Shown here: in pieces, positions 15,681 to 30,673 of the stretch
Layout of the letters: each line of letters starts with the position of its first letter
How positions within the stretch are numbered: position 1 is the stretch's first letter
Assembly: GCA_951406725.2 (NCBI GenBank)
Contig: OX597823.1
Coordinates: forward strand, 40,548,001-40,612,000
Source of the DNA: Octopus vulgaris
Lineage: Eukaryota
Direction: 5' to 3'
DNA: 64,000 nucleotides
Program-made: the position numbers and the translations under genes
Notes under the pieces: generated by a model
What the model was told of the DNA's origin: nothing
Database searches by the model: none
What the model saw: the letters and a program-made list of their open reading frames with translations, nothing else

Positions 15681-16932
15681 TTTGTCTGTCTGTGTGCCTG
15701 TCTCTCTGACTGTATGTTTGTCTGTCGGTCTGCCTGTACAACATACATATATCGGGGCAATGTAATATAGTTTTGTAGTCCATATTAAGAATATAATTTA
15801 TAAAAAAGAAAAGATAAGAAAATTAAAATTACTCGATGAAAAATTATGGAACAAAAGTAGAAAAAATTCTCCAGTTTCTCTATCGTCTTGTTTGGAGGTG
15901 AATTTTTTTAGAAAATGTCATACATACCTGTACTCATGATGAAATACAAGTTAATCCATACACACGCCAACTTAAAAGCCCGCCGCACCAAAACATACAC
16001 ACGCTGCGCCGACAGACACACGCATTCATATGCGCAAAAGCACATGCACGTTTCTCTCTTTTCCTCATACATATCACGTGCATATTCGTGCACTCGTAAA
16101 CATAGACAGATGAATGGATCTACCTAGTAAGTTTATGCATGCAATAGTGTAAATATGCTCTTTGTTTTTAATCCCTTTGCCAGTTCTGACGAAGGAGACC
16201 AATGAGCAATAGCCTTCCAGCTGTGAATGAGAAATTTGGTTGCTAGTTTTAGGACCTGAAGTGTCCACCTTGGAGCTCCCTCGGCCTGTTGCGTTTCAAA
16301 CAACAATACAACACCATCTCTAAAGATCTGGAGAATTGATAATTTGTTGTTTTTCTGCATGTATTTTTAGAAATATTTCTCAAGTGCTTGATGTGTGACG
16401 GAAGGCGATATCCGACCTTTTTCTTTTGGGTTTTCGAATCACAACAACTAGAACTAAATCTGTAGAACAAGGAATTCTGCTGGTAGAGGTTTGTGAAATT
16501 GCAAGACGTTGTCGAGGTTGTTGGTTAAACCTTACAGGAAAGTAAGAAATTATTAATGAAGCAACGCTTGTACCAAACATGAGCGTTGGTTTTTACTGAT
16601 ATAATTACAAGGGGAAACTGGGGAGAAGGCGGGCGATGCTAAGAACAATGAGAATTGCAGCGAATGTAATATTGGGTCAGAGCCATTGCCAAATACATAA
16701 AACAAAATGAGTCAACGTCAAAGCTTCGATCAAATCGCTTGACTCTTTGGAAATAGCAGCCAATCTCCTCCAAATCACAACGCACTTGTCATGTAGCAGG
16801 ATGTATAAATTCTGCCTTTATGTTCACTGCTTATTAAAATGAAGAGATGGTTGCCACGGCTGGAACGTCCTTGAACTGTGAGAGGTTTTCCTCAATGAGA
16901 ATTAACCTGGGTTAAACAGCAGCAGTAGTAGT

Positions 16933-17298
16933 GGAGGCGCAATGGCCCAGTGGTTAGAGCAGCGGACTCACGGTCGGAGGATCGCGGTTTCGATTCCCAG
17001 ACTGGGCATTGTGTGTGTTTATTAAGCGAAAACACCTAAAGCTCCACGAGGCTCCGGCAGGGGGTGGTGGCGACCCCTGTTGTACCCTTTCGCTCCAAAT
17101 TTATTTCTCTCACTCTTTTTTCCTGTTTCTTGTCCCCGACTTCCTAAGCAACCGCTGGGCCTGGAAGCGCATTCATCCATCCGTCGATGCTCTCGGTGTC
17201 GGGGGTTGACCTGCTTTCTCTTCTGCGGGTCTTACGAATAGCGAAGGACCACGTTTCGGACTTCTCCCGCTGGGACGAAGACCACTTCGCTCAACAGC
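16933..17298 (+). mobile_element. tRNA-Arg-derived SINE (family A) with distinct tail
   Basis: Same head as 44672; AACAGCAGCAGTA present on both sides (possible TSD). Confidence 0.85.
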
Positions 17299-17466
17299 AA
17301 CAGCAGCAGTAACGTAACCTAAATAGTATCGGTCTGTCTATCTATGATCTATAATTTTGTAACAACTCAACCACCATCTTTAAAGGTTACGTCATAATAT
17401 AACCTGATATCTGTTGTTTATACTTTTACTCCATTATGCATATATATATGCACACATGTATACAAG

Positions 17467-17651
17467 CTCCCTACCATCGCTTGATGACCGACCCTGGTGT
17501 GTTTATGACTCCGTAACTTAGCGGTTCTACAAAATAGACCGATATAATAAGTACCAAGCTTACAAAGAATAAGTCCTGGGGTCGATTTGTTCGACTAAAA
17601 GGCGGTGCTCCAGCATGGCTGCAGTCAGATGACTGTAACAAATAAAAGAAT
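17467..17651 (+). mobile_element. SINE family C, 3' half
   Basis: CGTAACTTAGCGGTTC...GGCGGTGCTCCAGCATGG; other partial copies at ~13305-13440, 21035-21570, 27640-27810, 36735-36935, 53270-53390, 59815-59960. Confidence 0.8.
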
Positions 17652-17829
17652 AATATATATATGTATATGTTTTCCTGGGGTTAAAAAAGGTAGTAGTAAC
17701 ACCGTCCTAATCAAGACTGTCATTTTACACGTTGGCAAATAGACCTTACTCTTTCTCTCTGTATATGTATCTGTCTACATCGTTATCTGCCTCTGTGTCT
17801 TTCCGTCTGTCTGTCTGTCTGTCTGTCTG

Positions 17830-17905
<76 letters not shown>

Positions 17906-18928
17906 AAATACTAAATTGCTCATTCATTAGATTGTTTTCAGTTACTGTAGTTTTTATAGCCCCAGGTCAGTCGTTAACCGAGGGTGCATATAATCAAAAG
18001 CTTTCCACTAGTGACATCCCGTTTCTAGTTCATAGGAACAAGGCTATGTAATCCACTTAGTCCTTCTTTTCAAAGACGCCTTAGAGTAATCTGAGGAAAA
18101 TATGGCTGCTGTTTCTAACAACATGAGCGACATGACAAATTCATAACTACCAAGTAAATATCATATTTAAGTGTGAAAGATTATTTTCGAGTCCCAAATG
18201 TCGTTGATTCAGCAGGAAGCCATTTTGTTTCATGTCTGTTATCTAACACAGAAACATAAAAAAAAAAAGGTTAAGAATTTAGACACGTAACGAATTTCCA
18301 ATGATTCTGAACTTGAAAAACGCATGTTTCGTTACTGAAATGTGTGAAGTATCGTGTGGAGTGACATCGTATCATAAACTAAAATGCTAAAATAAGCAAA
18401 CAAATGAATGAATATATAAAGAAAATATTAAAAAATTTTGTTGATATGTTAAAACCGTAGAGTTTAATAATATAATACGAGTGAATGTCAGACATTCTAT
18501 ATATTTTTAGTTGACAAATCATAATGTTGTTCGTTTGCTAATGTGATTTTAAAAATAACATAGGGAACGAGAAAAAAAGCCATGCCGAATGCTGCTGCTT
18601 TCTTTTCTATCAGAAAATAAAATAGGGGGAGAACAATAACAAATCATTATCTGATTGTCATATTGACTTTTATGTTCGGTAAAGAATATATTGACGACCT
18701 TTAGATCGAATAGTGAATAAACAAACAGATAAAAAGATGGCGTGGGTGACTTTAACACGAGACCAGGTTTTAGCTGAGTGTGTATCTATATCGTATGTAT
18801 AAAGGCACATCATTATTGAATTAGTTTTGAATCAGATAAACTAAGAAGGCAGAAGATCGTATCGAAGAGTATGACACAACAACTGCAAACTTTCTGTAAG
18901 TGTATGTGTGTGTGTGTATGTATGCATA

Positions 18929-19300
18929 TGTGGTTGTGTGGTAAGGAGCTTGCTTCCCAACCACAAGGTTCCGGGCTCAGTCCTACTGCGTGGCACCTTG
19001 AGCATGTGTCTTCTACTTTAGCCTCAGGCCGACCAAAGCCTTGTGAGTGGATTTGGTAAACGGAAAATTGGAAGAAGCCCGCCGTATATGTGTGTGTGTG
19101 TGTCTGTGTTTGTCACCACACCATCGCTTCACAACCCATGCTGGTGTGTTTAAGTCCCCATAACTTAGCGGTTCGGCAAAAGAACCGATAGAATAAATAC
19201 TAGGTTTACAAAGAATAAGTCCTGCGATTACTTGTTCGACTAAAGGCGGTGCTCCAGCATAGCCGCAGTCAAATAACTAAAAAGGTAAAAGAATAAAAGA
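18929..19300 (+). mobile_element. SINE family C (tRNA-like head, internal TG microsatellite, LINE-like tail)
   Basis: TGGTTGTGTGGTAAG..GCTTCCCAACCAC head, CAAAGCCTTGTGAGTGGATTTGG body, GGCGGTGCTCCAGCAT tail. Confidence 0.85.
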
Positions 19301-19393
19301 CTATGAATATCTATCTGTCTATCTATCCGTGATCTATCTATTTATCCATCTATTTATATATCTCTCTCTATCTCTCTCTATATATACATATAA

Positions 19394-19453
<60 letters not shown>

Positions 19454-19489
19454 ACACACACACATATATACATATGCATATATACATGC

Positions 19490-20410
19490 ATATATGTACA
19501 TACCTACATATATATGTGTACATATATGCATTAATGAGTACAGGGCAAAACAAAGCGTAAATGTGAAATACGAAAACAACGTGAAATGCGAAGACAAACT
19601 TGGGTATGCGAACAACGAGATAAACAAATGGAAAATAAGACAAGTAACATAAAGAACGACCCTTCATCAGTGGTTGGCCGTCCATCTAATCCTCATTTCG
19701 AGCAATTAACGACAATACGAGGCTTCGAAAGGCAGTTGCTCCGCCAAAATAACATTTGGGATTTGTGGAGGGTCAAAGTTAGTAAGAAAAACAGGACAGT
19801 GGAGACATACAACAAACAAAAAGAAAACAAAAATGGAGGGCCCTTAGGCCAGACGAGGTAAGGTAGCGAACGCTGGAGGAATCGCGTTTTTGACAAGAGA
19901 AAAGATAGAAGAGGAGACAGATAAGAATGCATCTGGTCTGTAAGACAGACTGAAAGAAAACAAAAATGATCACGTGAGGAAAAAAAAGATGGACGATGGT
20001 CACGCGTGATCAACGAGAGAGAATAAAGGAGAAAGAGAGATGGAGGAGAGAGGGGGAGACAGATAGAAAACGGTGAAGGGGAGAAAAAAGATTTAGAGAG
20101 AGGATGAGAGTAAAATTTACCAACCTTGACCCTCCTCATATACCAAATTATATTTTGGCTTTTGTGGGAGCAACTGCCTTTCGAAGCCTCATATTGTTGT
20201 TAATTGTTCGAAATGAGGAGTAGATGGACAGTCGACAACTGATAAAGGGTCGTTCCTTATGTTACTTGTCTTGTTTTCCATTTGTTTCTCTCGTTGTTCG
20301 CATGTCTAAGTTTGTCTTCGTATTTCATGTTGTTTTTGTATTTCATTTTTACGTTTTGTGACGTATTGTACCCACATATGCATATATACACATATATATG
20401 TATGTAACAT
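19490..20410. repeat. ~300-bp diverged inverted repeat (fold-back, probably Penelope-derived)
   Basis: ~19490-19790 is reverse-complementary to ~20110-20410; carries CTGATGAAGGG and CGAAA boxes; a related single arm lies at ~60385-60650. Confidence 0.85.
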
Positions 20411-21112
20411 GTATATATCTATGTATATATGCATATACATATATATACATATATATATATACATATATATACACACGCATATATATATATATATATTGTA
20501 TTTATGTTATTATATGATTGAACGCCACGCATCCATTTCCCAGTAAGTTTTCCTTAATAATTTTGACGCAACTCTACCCTGTAAGGTGCTCTCGCTTCCT
20601 TTCTCTCATTTTTTTCTCCCCTTCCCCCTCTTTCGTTTTTTTCTCTCTTATCCTTTCTCTAATCCTTTTTCCTTCCCATCACCGTTTTCTATCTTCCTCT
20701 CTTTATCTCTCTCTCTCTCTTTCTCTTTTACTCTCTCTCATTGCTCACACGACGCTTGCTTTATCATTCTTCAACATATTATTCACACAAACATATATAT
20801 ATATATATATATTTGTGTGTATATATATATGCATATATATATATATTATATATACATGAGATAAACATCTCATAAATAAATCCAAATTAATTAAGTGCTC
20901 AATTGATAACAGGCCATTAAACACCATCATGTTATTAAATTGCAGTAAATCCAAGTGGGAACGATTTGCATGCATATATGTATGTACATGATCGGCTAAA
21001 GCTATCTTTAAGAGTAACATATTTAGAATGAAAGTTATAGGGACATAAGCACACCAACACCGGTTGTAAAGCTATAGTGGGGGACAAACACACACTCTCA
21101 TACACATTGGAA

Positions 21113-21489
21113 GCACTCCGTCGGTTACGACGACGAGGGTTCCGGTTGATCCGATCAACGGAACAGCCTGCTCGTGAAATTAACGTGTAAGTGGCTGAGC
21201 ACTCCACAGACACGTGTACTCTTAACGTAGTTCTCGGGGATATTCAGCGTGACACAGAGAGTGACAAGGCCGGCCCTTTGAAATACAAGTACAACAGAAA
21301 CAGGAAGGAAGAGTGAGAGAAAGTTGTGGTGAAAGAGTACAGCAGGGATCACAACCATCCCTGCCGGAGCCTCGTGGAGCTTTTAGGTGTTTTCGCTCAA
21401 TAAACACTCACAACGCCCGGTCTGGGAATCTAAACCACGATCCTACGACCGCCAGTCCGCTGCCCTAACCACTGGGCCATTGCGCCTCC
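21113..21489 (-). mobile_element. tRNA-Arg-derived SINE (family A), full length, nested in a family C SINE
   Basis: 14-bp TSD ACTCTCATACACAT at 21094-21107 and 21490-21503. Confidence 0.9.
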
Positions 21490-23047
21490 ACTCTCATACA
21501 CATATGCACACGACGGTCTTCTTTTCAGTTTCTGTCAACCAACTCCTCTCAAAAGGCTTTGGTAGGTGGGCATATATGATAACTATGATGGTTACTCACG
21601 GTACAAAACCAACAATTTCTGACGGGAAGGTGTTAACTGACTACAGTATTTGGTAAAGTTGCTTCCTGCTATATTTTGAACTCACAACGTAAAGATCCGA
21701 TGTTACACGCTAGAAAAACTCGTTTCATTTTATTCTGCCGATTTACTGCCGACCAAATGGTCCCATTTCAAGAACTGGGGTAACTTTTCCGTATTCGTTG
21801 ATTATTGAACTTTCGAGAGGTAACTTACGTATGAAATAGAAAGTAAAAATCAATTAAAAGAAGGATATGGTAACTTGAAATTACTTTGACGTGAGTTTTA
21901 GGATTAGCCATTTAGTACAATATTTATTCAACAGGTTTTAGGAACCAAATTAGACGTTTCAACCATGCAATCTACATCACACACCTTGCCTTGATCATGG
22001 TCAACGTACTGTAACGTCACATGCTCATTTAACATGGCGAACAAACCAACGAAATCAGGTTTTGCTGTGGAGATATTTCTGTAGAACAGAATAGCTAGCA
22101 ATATATAATGATTATTGTCATATGACTCTGATGTGCAAAGCAGTCAACGATTTAATAACCGGAGCAAGTATCCGACACTCGAATACTATAACAGTGCTCT
22201 AAATTCAGTGTGGTGAGATAAAGATATATGAAAGAACGATCAAAGGCGAGAGGAGAGAATAAATCTTCAGGGAACAGTAAAACAAAATAATCGTTTGATG
22301 CTTGCATGTTGTCCTTGGTTTGATGTGATTGCTGCATGGTGACCTCGCTTTAGTATGGCGACTGCGTAGAAAAGAGAGAAACGATGCTGATAAATGAGGC
22401 TACAATGTGGACAAAGATTCCGGATATTCTCTTGTATATGAGATAGAGACGTGTGCATATGAGTGTTCGTATTGACATGCTTATACAAATGTTTTTGTTT
22501 TTTTTCTGACTGAAGATAACAAAATATTGCATACGTGTTCGAAAGTCATTGCAAGTCATCGATACGTTAGCTATGCAAATGGTTCCACCTAAAATCAGAT
22601 CCGTCTGTGAAGAAACAAACTGAACTAGATTAAATGTAACGGTGTTCCAAACTCTATCCTTATATATTTAGTTAATTGAAACTTATTGCACCGTTTCCAT
22701 ACGCTTTTTCGTTCAGTTGCTCTACAATGACCCGGATGTAATTGAATAGCATACACAGGAAGTGCAGCCTCCATTAGCAGCCCCACAATCCTTGCCAGTT
22801 TTCGGTGCAAAGTCTATTATTTTCTATTGATTCTCCACCAATCTTCCTTCTCCATTGCTTTCCTTCCCTTTCTCTGTATATCATTCTTCCTCTTCCTTTG
22901 CTTTCTCTTCATCTTTTATCTTCCTTTCTCATTCTTTTCCTCTAGCCTTGTCTCACTCTCTCTTTTCATCTCTCTCTCTCTCTCCTTCTTGTTTACAAAC
23001 CATTTCACGTATCGTATATCTTACATAGAAGCTTTTGCATACAATTC

Positions 23048-23170
<123 letters not shown>

Positions 23171-23396
23171 ACTTCTCTTTTCTTCTTTTTCTCTTCTTTT
23201 TCTTTTCTTAATGTATGCATATGTGCATTAATATATAAGTGCACGCCCCCACACACGCAAACATCTATATGAATATGGATTTAAACATGTTTTATATCTA
23301 TATGTATTGAAAAAAATTTTTTATATGTTTTACTTGTTTCAGTCATTAGACTGAGGCCATTTCATTACATATATATATATATGTATATATGTATAC

Positions 23397-23436
<40 letters not shown>

Positions 23437-24199
23437 ATGCATTCATCTATGTGTGCACAATACTCGTATATAAAAACAACATTGATGTTCTTGTTTCTTC
23501 CGTCTTTTCCTCGAGGTCGATGAATTAAGTACCAGTACTGAGTTCGATGAATCGATTATCGACCCCTAAAATACGTGATTCTATGTGATACGTGCGCCAA
23601 ATGTAGTGAACCATTATAATTCGAGTCACGTTTAAGTACTTTCCTTTACATACTCGCTTCATATCTCGCCCAATATAATTTTGCCATTAATACCAGTTAC
23701 ATATTGAGGTAGAAGAATCGATTAAATACCATTTCCTAATGGTACCAAATGTGAACTCTGAATTACTGAAAAACTAAACGTTATACAATAAACAGATAAC
23801 ATCTTAAACATTAGGGATGAAAACTTCTCTTCCTGCATACGCAAGCAATATTTTACACTCAAATACTTTTAAGAAGAGCCACCTTCTGCGACGGTAATCC
23901 ATCCAAGGTAGCCCCTTTATTGAACATGAAATCTGAACACACATAGAATACAAAGCTCCACACACAGAAGAAATGTGCCCCAATAATGAACTACCTCAGC
24001 ACACAAATATAAGAACACTACACCTAGAACAAAAACAAAATAATGCAGACAGATTTACCACACAATTGCTTGCCCAAAAAGCAAATCCAAAGAAGACAAA
24101 TATTCAAAAGATACCACCTAAGAGTAGCGTTCGTTGATTCATTAGTTTATTCCCTAGAATACACACACACACACATACGAACACACGCACACGCTCACA

Positions 24200-24253
<54 letters not shown>

Positions 24254-24416
24254 TATTTATATTATATTGAGGGTACTACTATTCATAGATACCGCACGCT
24301 AAGATTAAAAACAAAATTTTACCGAATGCAAATCTTCAAAGCAAGTCACTTAAAAAAAGAATTTAGTTACATATCACGCTAACTACTGATAATTTCTTAT
24401 AAAGATTTTATCCTCA

Positions 24417-24449
<33 letters not shown>

Positions 24450-24964
24450 CATCATGCGACCACGAAAATGAGGGCCTGTGTAGCGTCTTGTGGTGTGTTT
24501 GGTTGATGTTAGGAAAAGAATTATTAAAGTATCACAAATTCTTTTTTTTGGAAGAACGAAGTCTGAAGTAAATTCGTAATCCTACATGAGAACGTGAAAT
24601 ATTTCAGCTCCTTGCGATTTCCCTCGAACATTCAAAGTAGCTTAATTTACGACAAAATATTATTATACCTCATATATCGATATCTGCTTTTGAGTTTTCT
24701 CTGGTGATTTCTTTTGAAGTATATCACTTTTAATCTACTTGAATTTTAACAATTATATTCGATTTTGATTCGATACGCGTGTTTGAGGTGTTAGTTGGCT
24801 GGCGGTCTGGTCGGTTGATTTGCTGGTTGCCTGACCTATGTGACAGGTGGTGGTGTCTGATTGATTGTGGTACAACGGTAAGGTGGCTGACTTATCAGTC
24901 GGTTGGTAGAGAGATCTAATTCTTTTAGCGAATCAAAGAAAATCAAAATTCGAAAACAAGCAAC

Positions 24965-25040
<76 letters not shown>

Positions 25041-25044
25041 TAGC

Positions 25045-25113
<69 letters not shown>
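24965..25113. repeat. (AAT)n microsatellite
   Basis: Directly visible. Confidence 0.95.
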
Positions 25114-25114
<1 letters not shown>

Positions 25115-25781
25115 GACAGTAAACAACCAAGAGATAAACTAAAACATCAACACTAATAACAAAAACGATGACATCACAAAATATTAGTAAAAACAACAGC
25201 TACAGTAAACGCAACCAAATAGAACTTGCCCCGTCCTTCCTTAAAAACACACACGCAAACACACAAAACAGTTATAACACTAACTCATCGATTGATTACA
25301 TAACAGTCACTCAAATGTGTATGTGTGCACGCTTGAACATACGTGTAACAGTATATACACGCATACATACACAAATACGCACGTTGCATACGTACATGAT
25401 TATAGATACGGACACATATTCATAAGCACAGACACACGCACGCTCGCATACGCACATATATATAAATATATAAATATAAATAAATATATATGTATATTAT
25501 ACATATATATATATATGCATACTCATATATACAGCACACAAATATTTTTTATTAAATAAGCAACGGTAATAAGAAATCAATTGCGTTGCACTCGGGTGCA
25601 CACACACGCAAATACAAACTTATACTAAAAAAAATAATTGAACAAGCACACATTTCTCATACGCACTCAAATACTCGGTTTTTTTGTTTTGTTTTTTCAC
25701 TCATGACAGAAACATAAATGTGTATAACCTTAATATAGGTATATGTATATATATATATATACATAAATATATATATATTTA

Positions 25782-25819
<38 letters not shown>

Positions 25820-26557
25820 TGTATATATATATATATATAGATAGATAGATAGATAGATATATATACACATATATATATACATACATATATATACAAACAT
25901 ATATATATACACACATTATATATGCATTATACACATTTATATACTTGCTTATAAATATACTCATAAATACACACCTTCAAACCGCACGCGCGCACACACA
26001 CGCACATACACACGCACACACACACACACATACACACATCTATGTATACATGTATAAAGTTCACGCTATATCATCACCAACGACATCGTCAGTGCCGGCA
26101 TCATAGCAACCACCACCACCATCATCACCACCATCACCACCATCACCACCATCACCATCATCACCACCACCAACAACAACACCATCGCCATCTTCATCCC
26201 CACAATCATCATCATCATCACCATCTTCATCAATCACTATCATCGTCATCATCATCATCATCATCATCGTCATGACTTACAAGAGCAATGAAATCGATTA
26301 ATTACATATCTTTGGTGTACACACAGCCAAACTCGAGCATTCCAATACACATACCCAGATACAGACCTAGAAACGTACACATGCACGCTGTCATATTTGT
26401 GCACACACACACACACACATACGTATATATATATGTGTGTGTGTATATGTGGGTTTATATATGTGCCTATATAATATAGGTGTGTGTGTATATATACGTG
26501 TTCGTGTACATCTACATATACATATACATATATTATAAATATATATATATATATATA

Positions 26558-26612
<55 letters not shown>

Positions 26613-26848
26613 GTATATTATAAATATATATATATATATGCCAAGTTTGTATTAAATCAATTTTAATTAACATAATCTTTAGCTTTAGCTGCTCATTATC
26701 GACTGAGAAGAGGAGGAGAAGTGGAAACGAAGGAAAGAAAGGAGAGGTGCTAAAACGGTGTTCTAGTTTGGGAGAGGGTCGCTAGCGGCAGTGTGTGTGT
26801 GTGCGTGTGTGCGTGTGCATGTGTGTGCGTGTGTGTGTATGTGCGTGC

Positions 26849-26894
<46 letters not shown>

Positions 26895-27558
26895 GTTTGT
26901 GTATAGGTGACAGATTTCTGAGAGGGCAGAACGACCTGAGTTATAAGTAATCGAATCACTTCCGGCATGCATGCTTTGCACAACATATTGTTGGCTAATG
27001 TTGTCCTCAGCAGCAAAAACCGCTACCACAACCGCCGCCGCCGCCGCCTCCAACACCAGCACCACCACCAGCACCACCACCGACACCACCACCACCGCTA
27101 CCACCACCAGCACCACCACTTCCACCACCACCACTGTCACGCGACGATCACCGTTCGTCGTCATTATCATCAAAGGTGATATCTCTAGGTGTCTATGTGA
27201 TATATGTAAAGATTCAACCGATGCGGAAATCATAGATTACATGACATAACAAATGAATCATGCAACGCACACACACACATAATAATATATAATCAACATA
27301 CGCTATCACATAATACGTAATCACGCATATATACATACATCCATACATATATATATATATATATATATAGACGTCTGTATGTATGTGTGTGTATTTCTGA
27401 GAGAGAGAGACAGAGAGAAAAATATATTCATACATAAATCTTAAAGGGAACTTAGTAACATCAGATTATTTATTTATGAATAACGCATATATGTAAATAT
27501 TTTTTATTCAACAATATTGCAAGACACTTCTCTCTCACTCTTTATTTTTTATTCTTTC

Positions 27559-27627
<69 letters not shown>

Positions 27628-28099
27628 TTTTACTTGTGTCCGTATTTAGACTGTTGGAATAAATACTGCCTTGAGGAGTTTTTAGTCGAAACCTGGGGTT
27701 ATTTTTTTAAGCCTTTGGCACTTATTTATGTCGATCTTTTTTTACTGAAACGCTAAGTTACGGGGATTTAAACACACCAACACCAGTTGTCAAGTGACGG
27801 TTGGAGGACAAACACGCACGCACATACACACATGCACACACACACAAGTACATATTTATATATAAATGTGTATATACATCTATGTATATATATATATATA
27901 TATATATTTATAGAAAAATACAAAATGGCACAAGAACGCAAAACATCCAGACAGACGATACCAAAAACACTGACGGGTCATTCGAAGCCTTTAATCTTCA
28001 GTCAAGAACCGGATCATCCTCACAGTTTCGACTGATTAATCTTGAGATTGCTCCAATCTGGCCAGCCCCAAGGAAAAACTAAGCTAAGGACATTAGATT

Positions 28100-28768
28100 C
28101 CAGGTCACCCCATATATTCTGTCCGTTTTTAGCTTTTTAAAAACTGAATGAAATTTAATAGTATTTTAGAATGTCTAATAGAATTGAAAATTATATTTAT
28201 GCACTTGTATACATTTAAACTAATTAAATATTATTTAACAGAATGATAAAATTAAAATTTATTTGATTAAAACCCTTTCTAACAAGGAAGTATCCAAAGA
28301 GCATTTAAGGCACATAATGCTTTATAAGTACAAAAAAGGAAACACTGCAGCCGAAGTGAAGAAAAAAGACCTGCTTTTTGTGAATCGAAAAGGAGTGATG
28401 TTTCATCAGGACAATGCACGACCCCACACTGCAAAGATCACATCACGGAAGATCGAAGAGCTTGGTTGGGAAAAAAAAATTCTTTATTCTCTCGACCTTG
28501 CTCCTTCAGACCATTTGTTTCGTAGTTTACAGAATCACTTGGGTGACATAACGTTCGCAGGCCAGAAGGAGGTCGAAACCGAGATTTCAGAGTTCTTCGC
28601 TTTGAAACCAAAAGAATTTTACATTGATGGGATTAAAAAGCTTGTAAATAGACGGAAGGAAGTCATAGATAATGAGGGAACATAGATGAGTAAATTTCAG
28701 TTAAATATAACATTTGATCACCTGTTTCCATTATTCAAAATTCGGACAGAACTTATGGGATGACCTGA
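28100..28768 (+). mobile_element. Internally deleted mariner transposon (~670 bp)
   Basis: TIRs CAGGTCACCCCATATATTCTGTCCG (28101) / CGGACAGAACTTATGGGATGACCTGA (28743-28768), followed by TA; transposase remnant inside. Confidence 0.9.
28263..28685 (+). pseudogene. Mariner (DD34D) transposase remnant
   Basis: N-terminal HLRHIMLY..KKGNTAAE fused to C-terminal FHQDNARPHTA and YSLDLAPSDHLF motifs; central region and first catalytic Asp missing. Confidence 0.9.
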
Positions 28769-29129
28769 TATATATACACATGTCTATCTATACACACACA
28801 CACATATATATCCTTCATTTTAAGTGGGAAAATGTTTGAAGAGTCTACACACTAGTGTGGTCATATGGTTTCTCACTTTGCCCCACTGCTATTTCGAGGA
28901 CTTTTAGAATTTAAGCTGCAACCTCAGCATACCGAGTTACCATGACCACTCACGAAAAGGAACCTGTGTTCCAGCAAAATGAGCCTGAGGCATCCGATTC
29001 TTGTTTTACACTCCTATATAGAGGGCTAGCTAACCGTAGCTGGGAGCTGTGGGTAGAAAGCTGATGCACCACACACCGACAAGCACGACTATCACAATGA
29101 CACCGCGCAGATGTTTCATACTGAAGCTA

Positions 29130-29545
29130 TGTACAGCACACTTAGACAATTCATATCCACCCTGGGTACAATACAGCCACAACACTACAATATATAATCA
29201 ATGTGGGTAGAACACACATGGAGATAAGCAATTCATACCCCGCCTGGGTATAGCTGATTCAGATCTAGACAATACATAACCACATTGGATATAGCGCACT
29301 TGGAGATAGACAATTCATACCCACTCTGGGTACTGTACACCAAGATCTAGACAATACATACCCGCCCTCAGTACAGTACACCCGGAGAAAGGCAATTGAT
29401 ATCCACCCTGGGTACAACACACCCACATCTAAACAATGCATAACCACCTTTGGTACAGCACAATCGGAGACAAGGGATTCATATTCACTTTGGGTACAGC
29501 ACACTCACACAAAGAGAGTTTTGTACCCAAACTTGTAGAGTATAC
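29130..29545 (+). repeat. 41-bp minisatellite, ~10 diverged copies
   Basis: TGGGTA-type anchors at ~29164, 29205, 29246, 29287, 29328, 29369, 29410, 29451, 29492; core AGACAATTCATACCCACCCTGGGTACAGCACAC. Confidence 0.85.
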
Positions 29546-30106
29546 CTTCCCATAGACGATTCAGTCATTCTCTGTATAGCTCACCCGTAAACGGGCGCTT
29601 TATATTTATGTACCCTGCGTACAAGCACACCCACACACACACACAGAGCAGAAAGCTGGATAAATAAGCCGGAATGATAGAAAATGATGATAATGGTAGT
29701 CAAGATAATAAAAGCAATCATAAAATAAATTCTTAAAAGAAGCAGATAAATTGATGAGGGATTCTCAAGAGATAACATTCGACGACATGTCAGTTGAGGT
29801 GATTACAGCAGAACAGAAACTGGCATGAGGGTGGTGACGGGAGTGATGGTGTAGTTCCACACATTCAAACATACACAGAAACCTAACGTATAAATGTGTG
29901 TTCCTCTGTGTGTGCGTGCGCGACCTACACGCTGCAATTTCCATAAGGTTTATTATGCATGGCTCCACTCGCCTGCCTGCTGTTGTCCCTTAAGGTTCCC
30001 TTATCAATTTATCTGCTTATTTAAAATTTATTGTAAGTTTCTTTAAATTTTGTATAACCACCACCACCACCACCACCACCACCACCACCACCACCATCAT
30101 CATCAA

Positions 30107-30142
<36 letters not shown>

Positions 30143-30252
30143 TATCATCATCATCATCATCATCATCATCAGTATCAGTATCTATCTGTCTATGTATGTA
30201 TGTATGTATGTATGTATCTATTTGTCTGTCTGTCTGTCTGTCTGTATGTCTG

Positions 30253-30413
<161 letters not shown>

Positions 30414-30451
30414 CTGTCTGTCTGTCTATCTCTCTCTCTCTCTATCTATCC

Positions 30452-30513
<62 letters not shown>

Positions 30514-30639
30514 ATCCTATCTTTCTCTATCTTTTTATTTCGATCTAAACATATATTTATTGTTTTACTGTGCTTTATATTATAATTTTTACTTACGTCT
30601 TTATGCTTTATTTAATCTTTCGTCATCACCACCACCACC

Positions 30640-30673
<34 letters not shown>

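Noticed and set aside
16250-16590. Possible Penelope RT fragment on the minus strand
   Set aside because: Only vague motif resemblance and catalytic residues are not readable; needs a translated search.
22510-22560. CTGAAGA...CGAAA hammerhead-like spacing (also 43249-43300 and 49205-49225)
   Set aside because: Stems I/III or the cleavage triplet cannot be formed.
29130-29545. Possible CRISPR-like array
   Set aside because: Whole units are homologous with no unique spacers; eukaryotic context and no cas genes.
29580-29625. Possible 30-nt minus-strand micro-exon (cag...gtgag)
   Set aside because: Weak polypyrimidine tract and no neighbouring exons; unsupported without RNA data.
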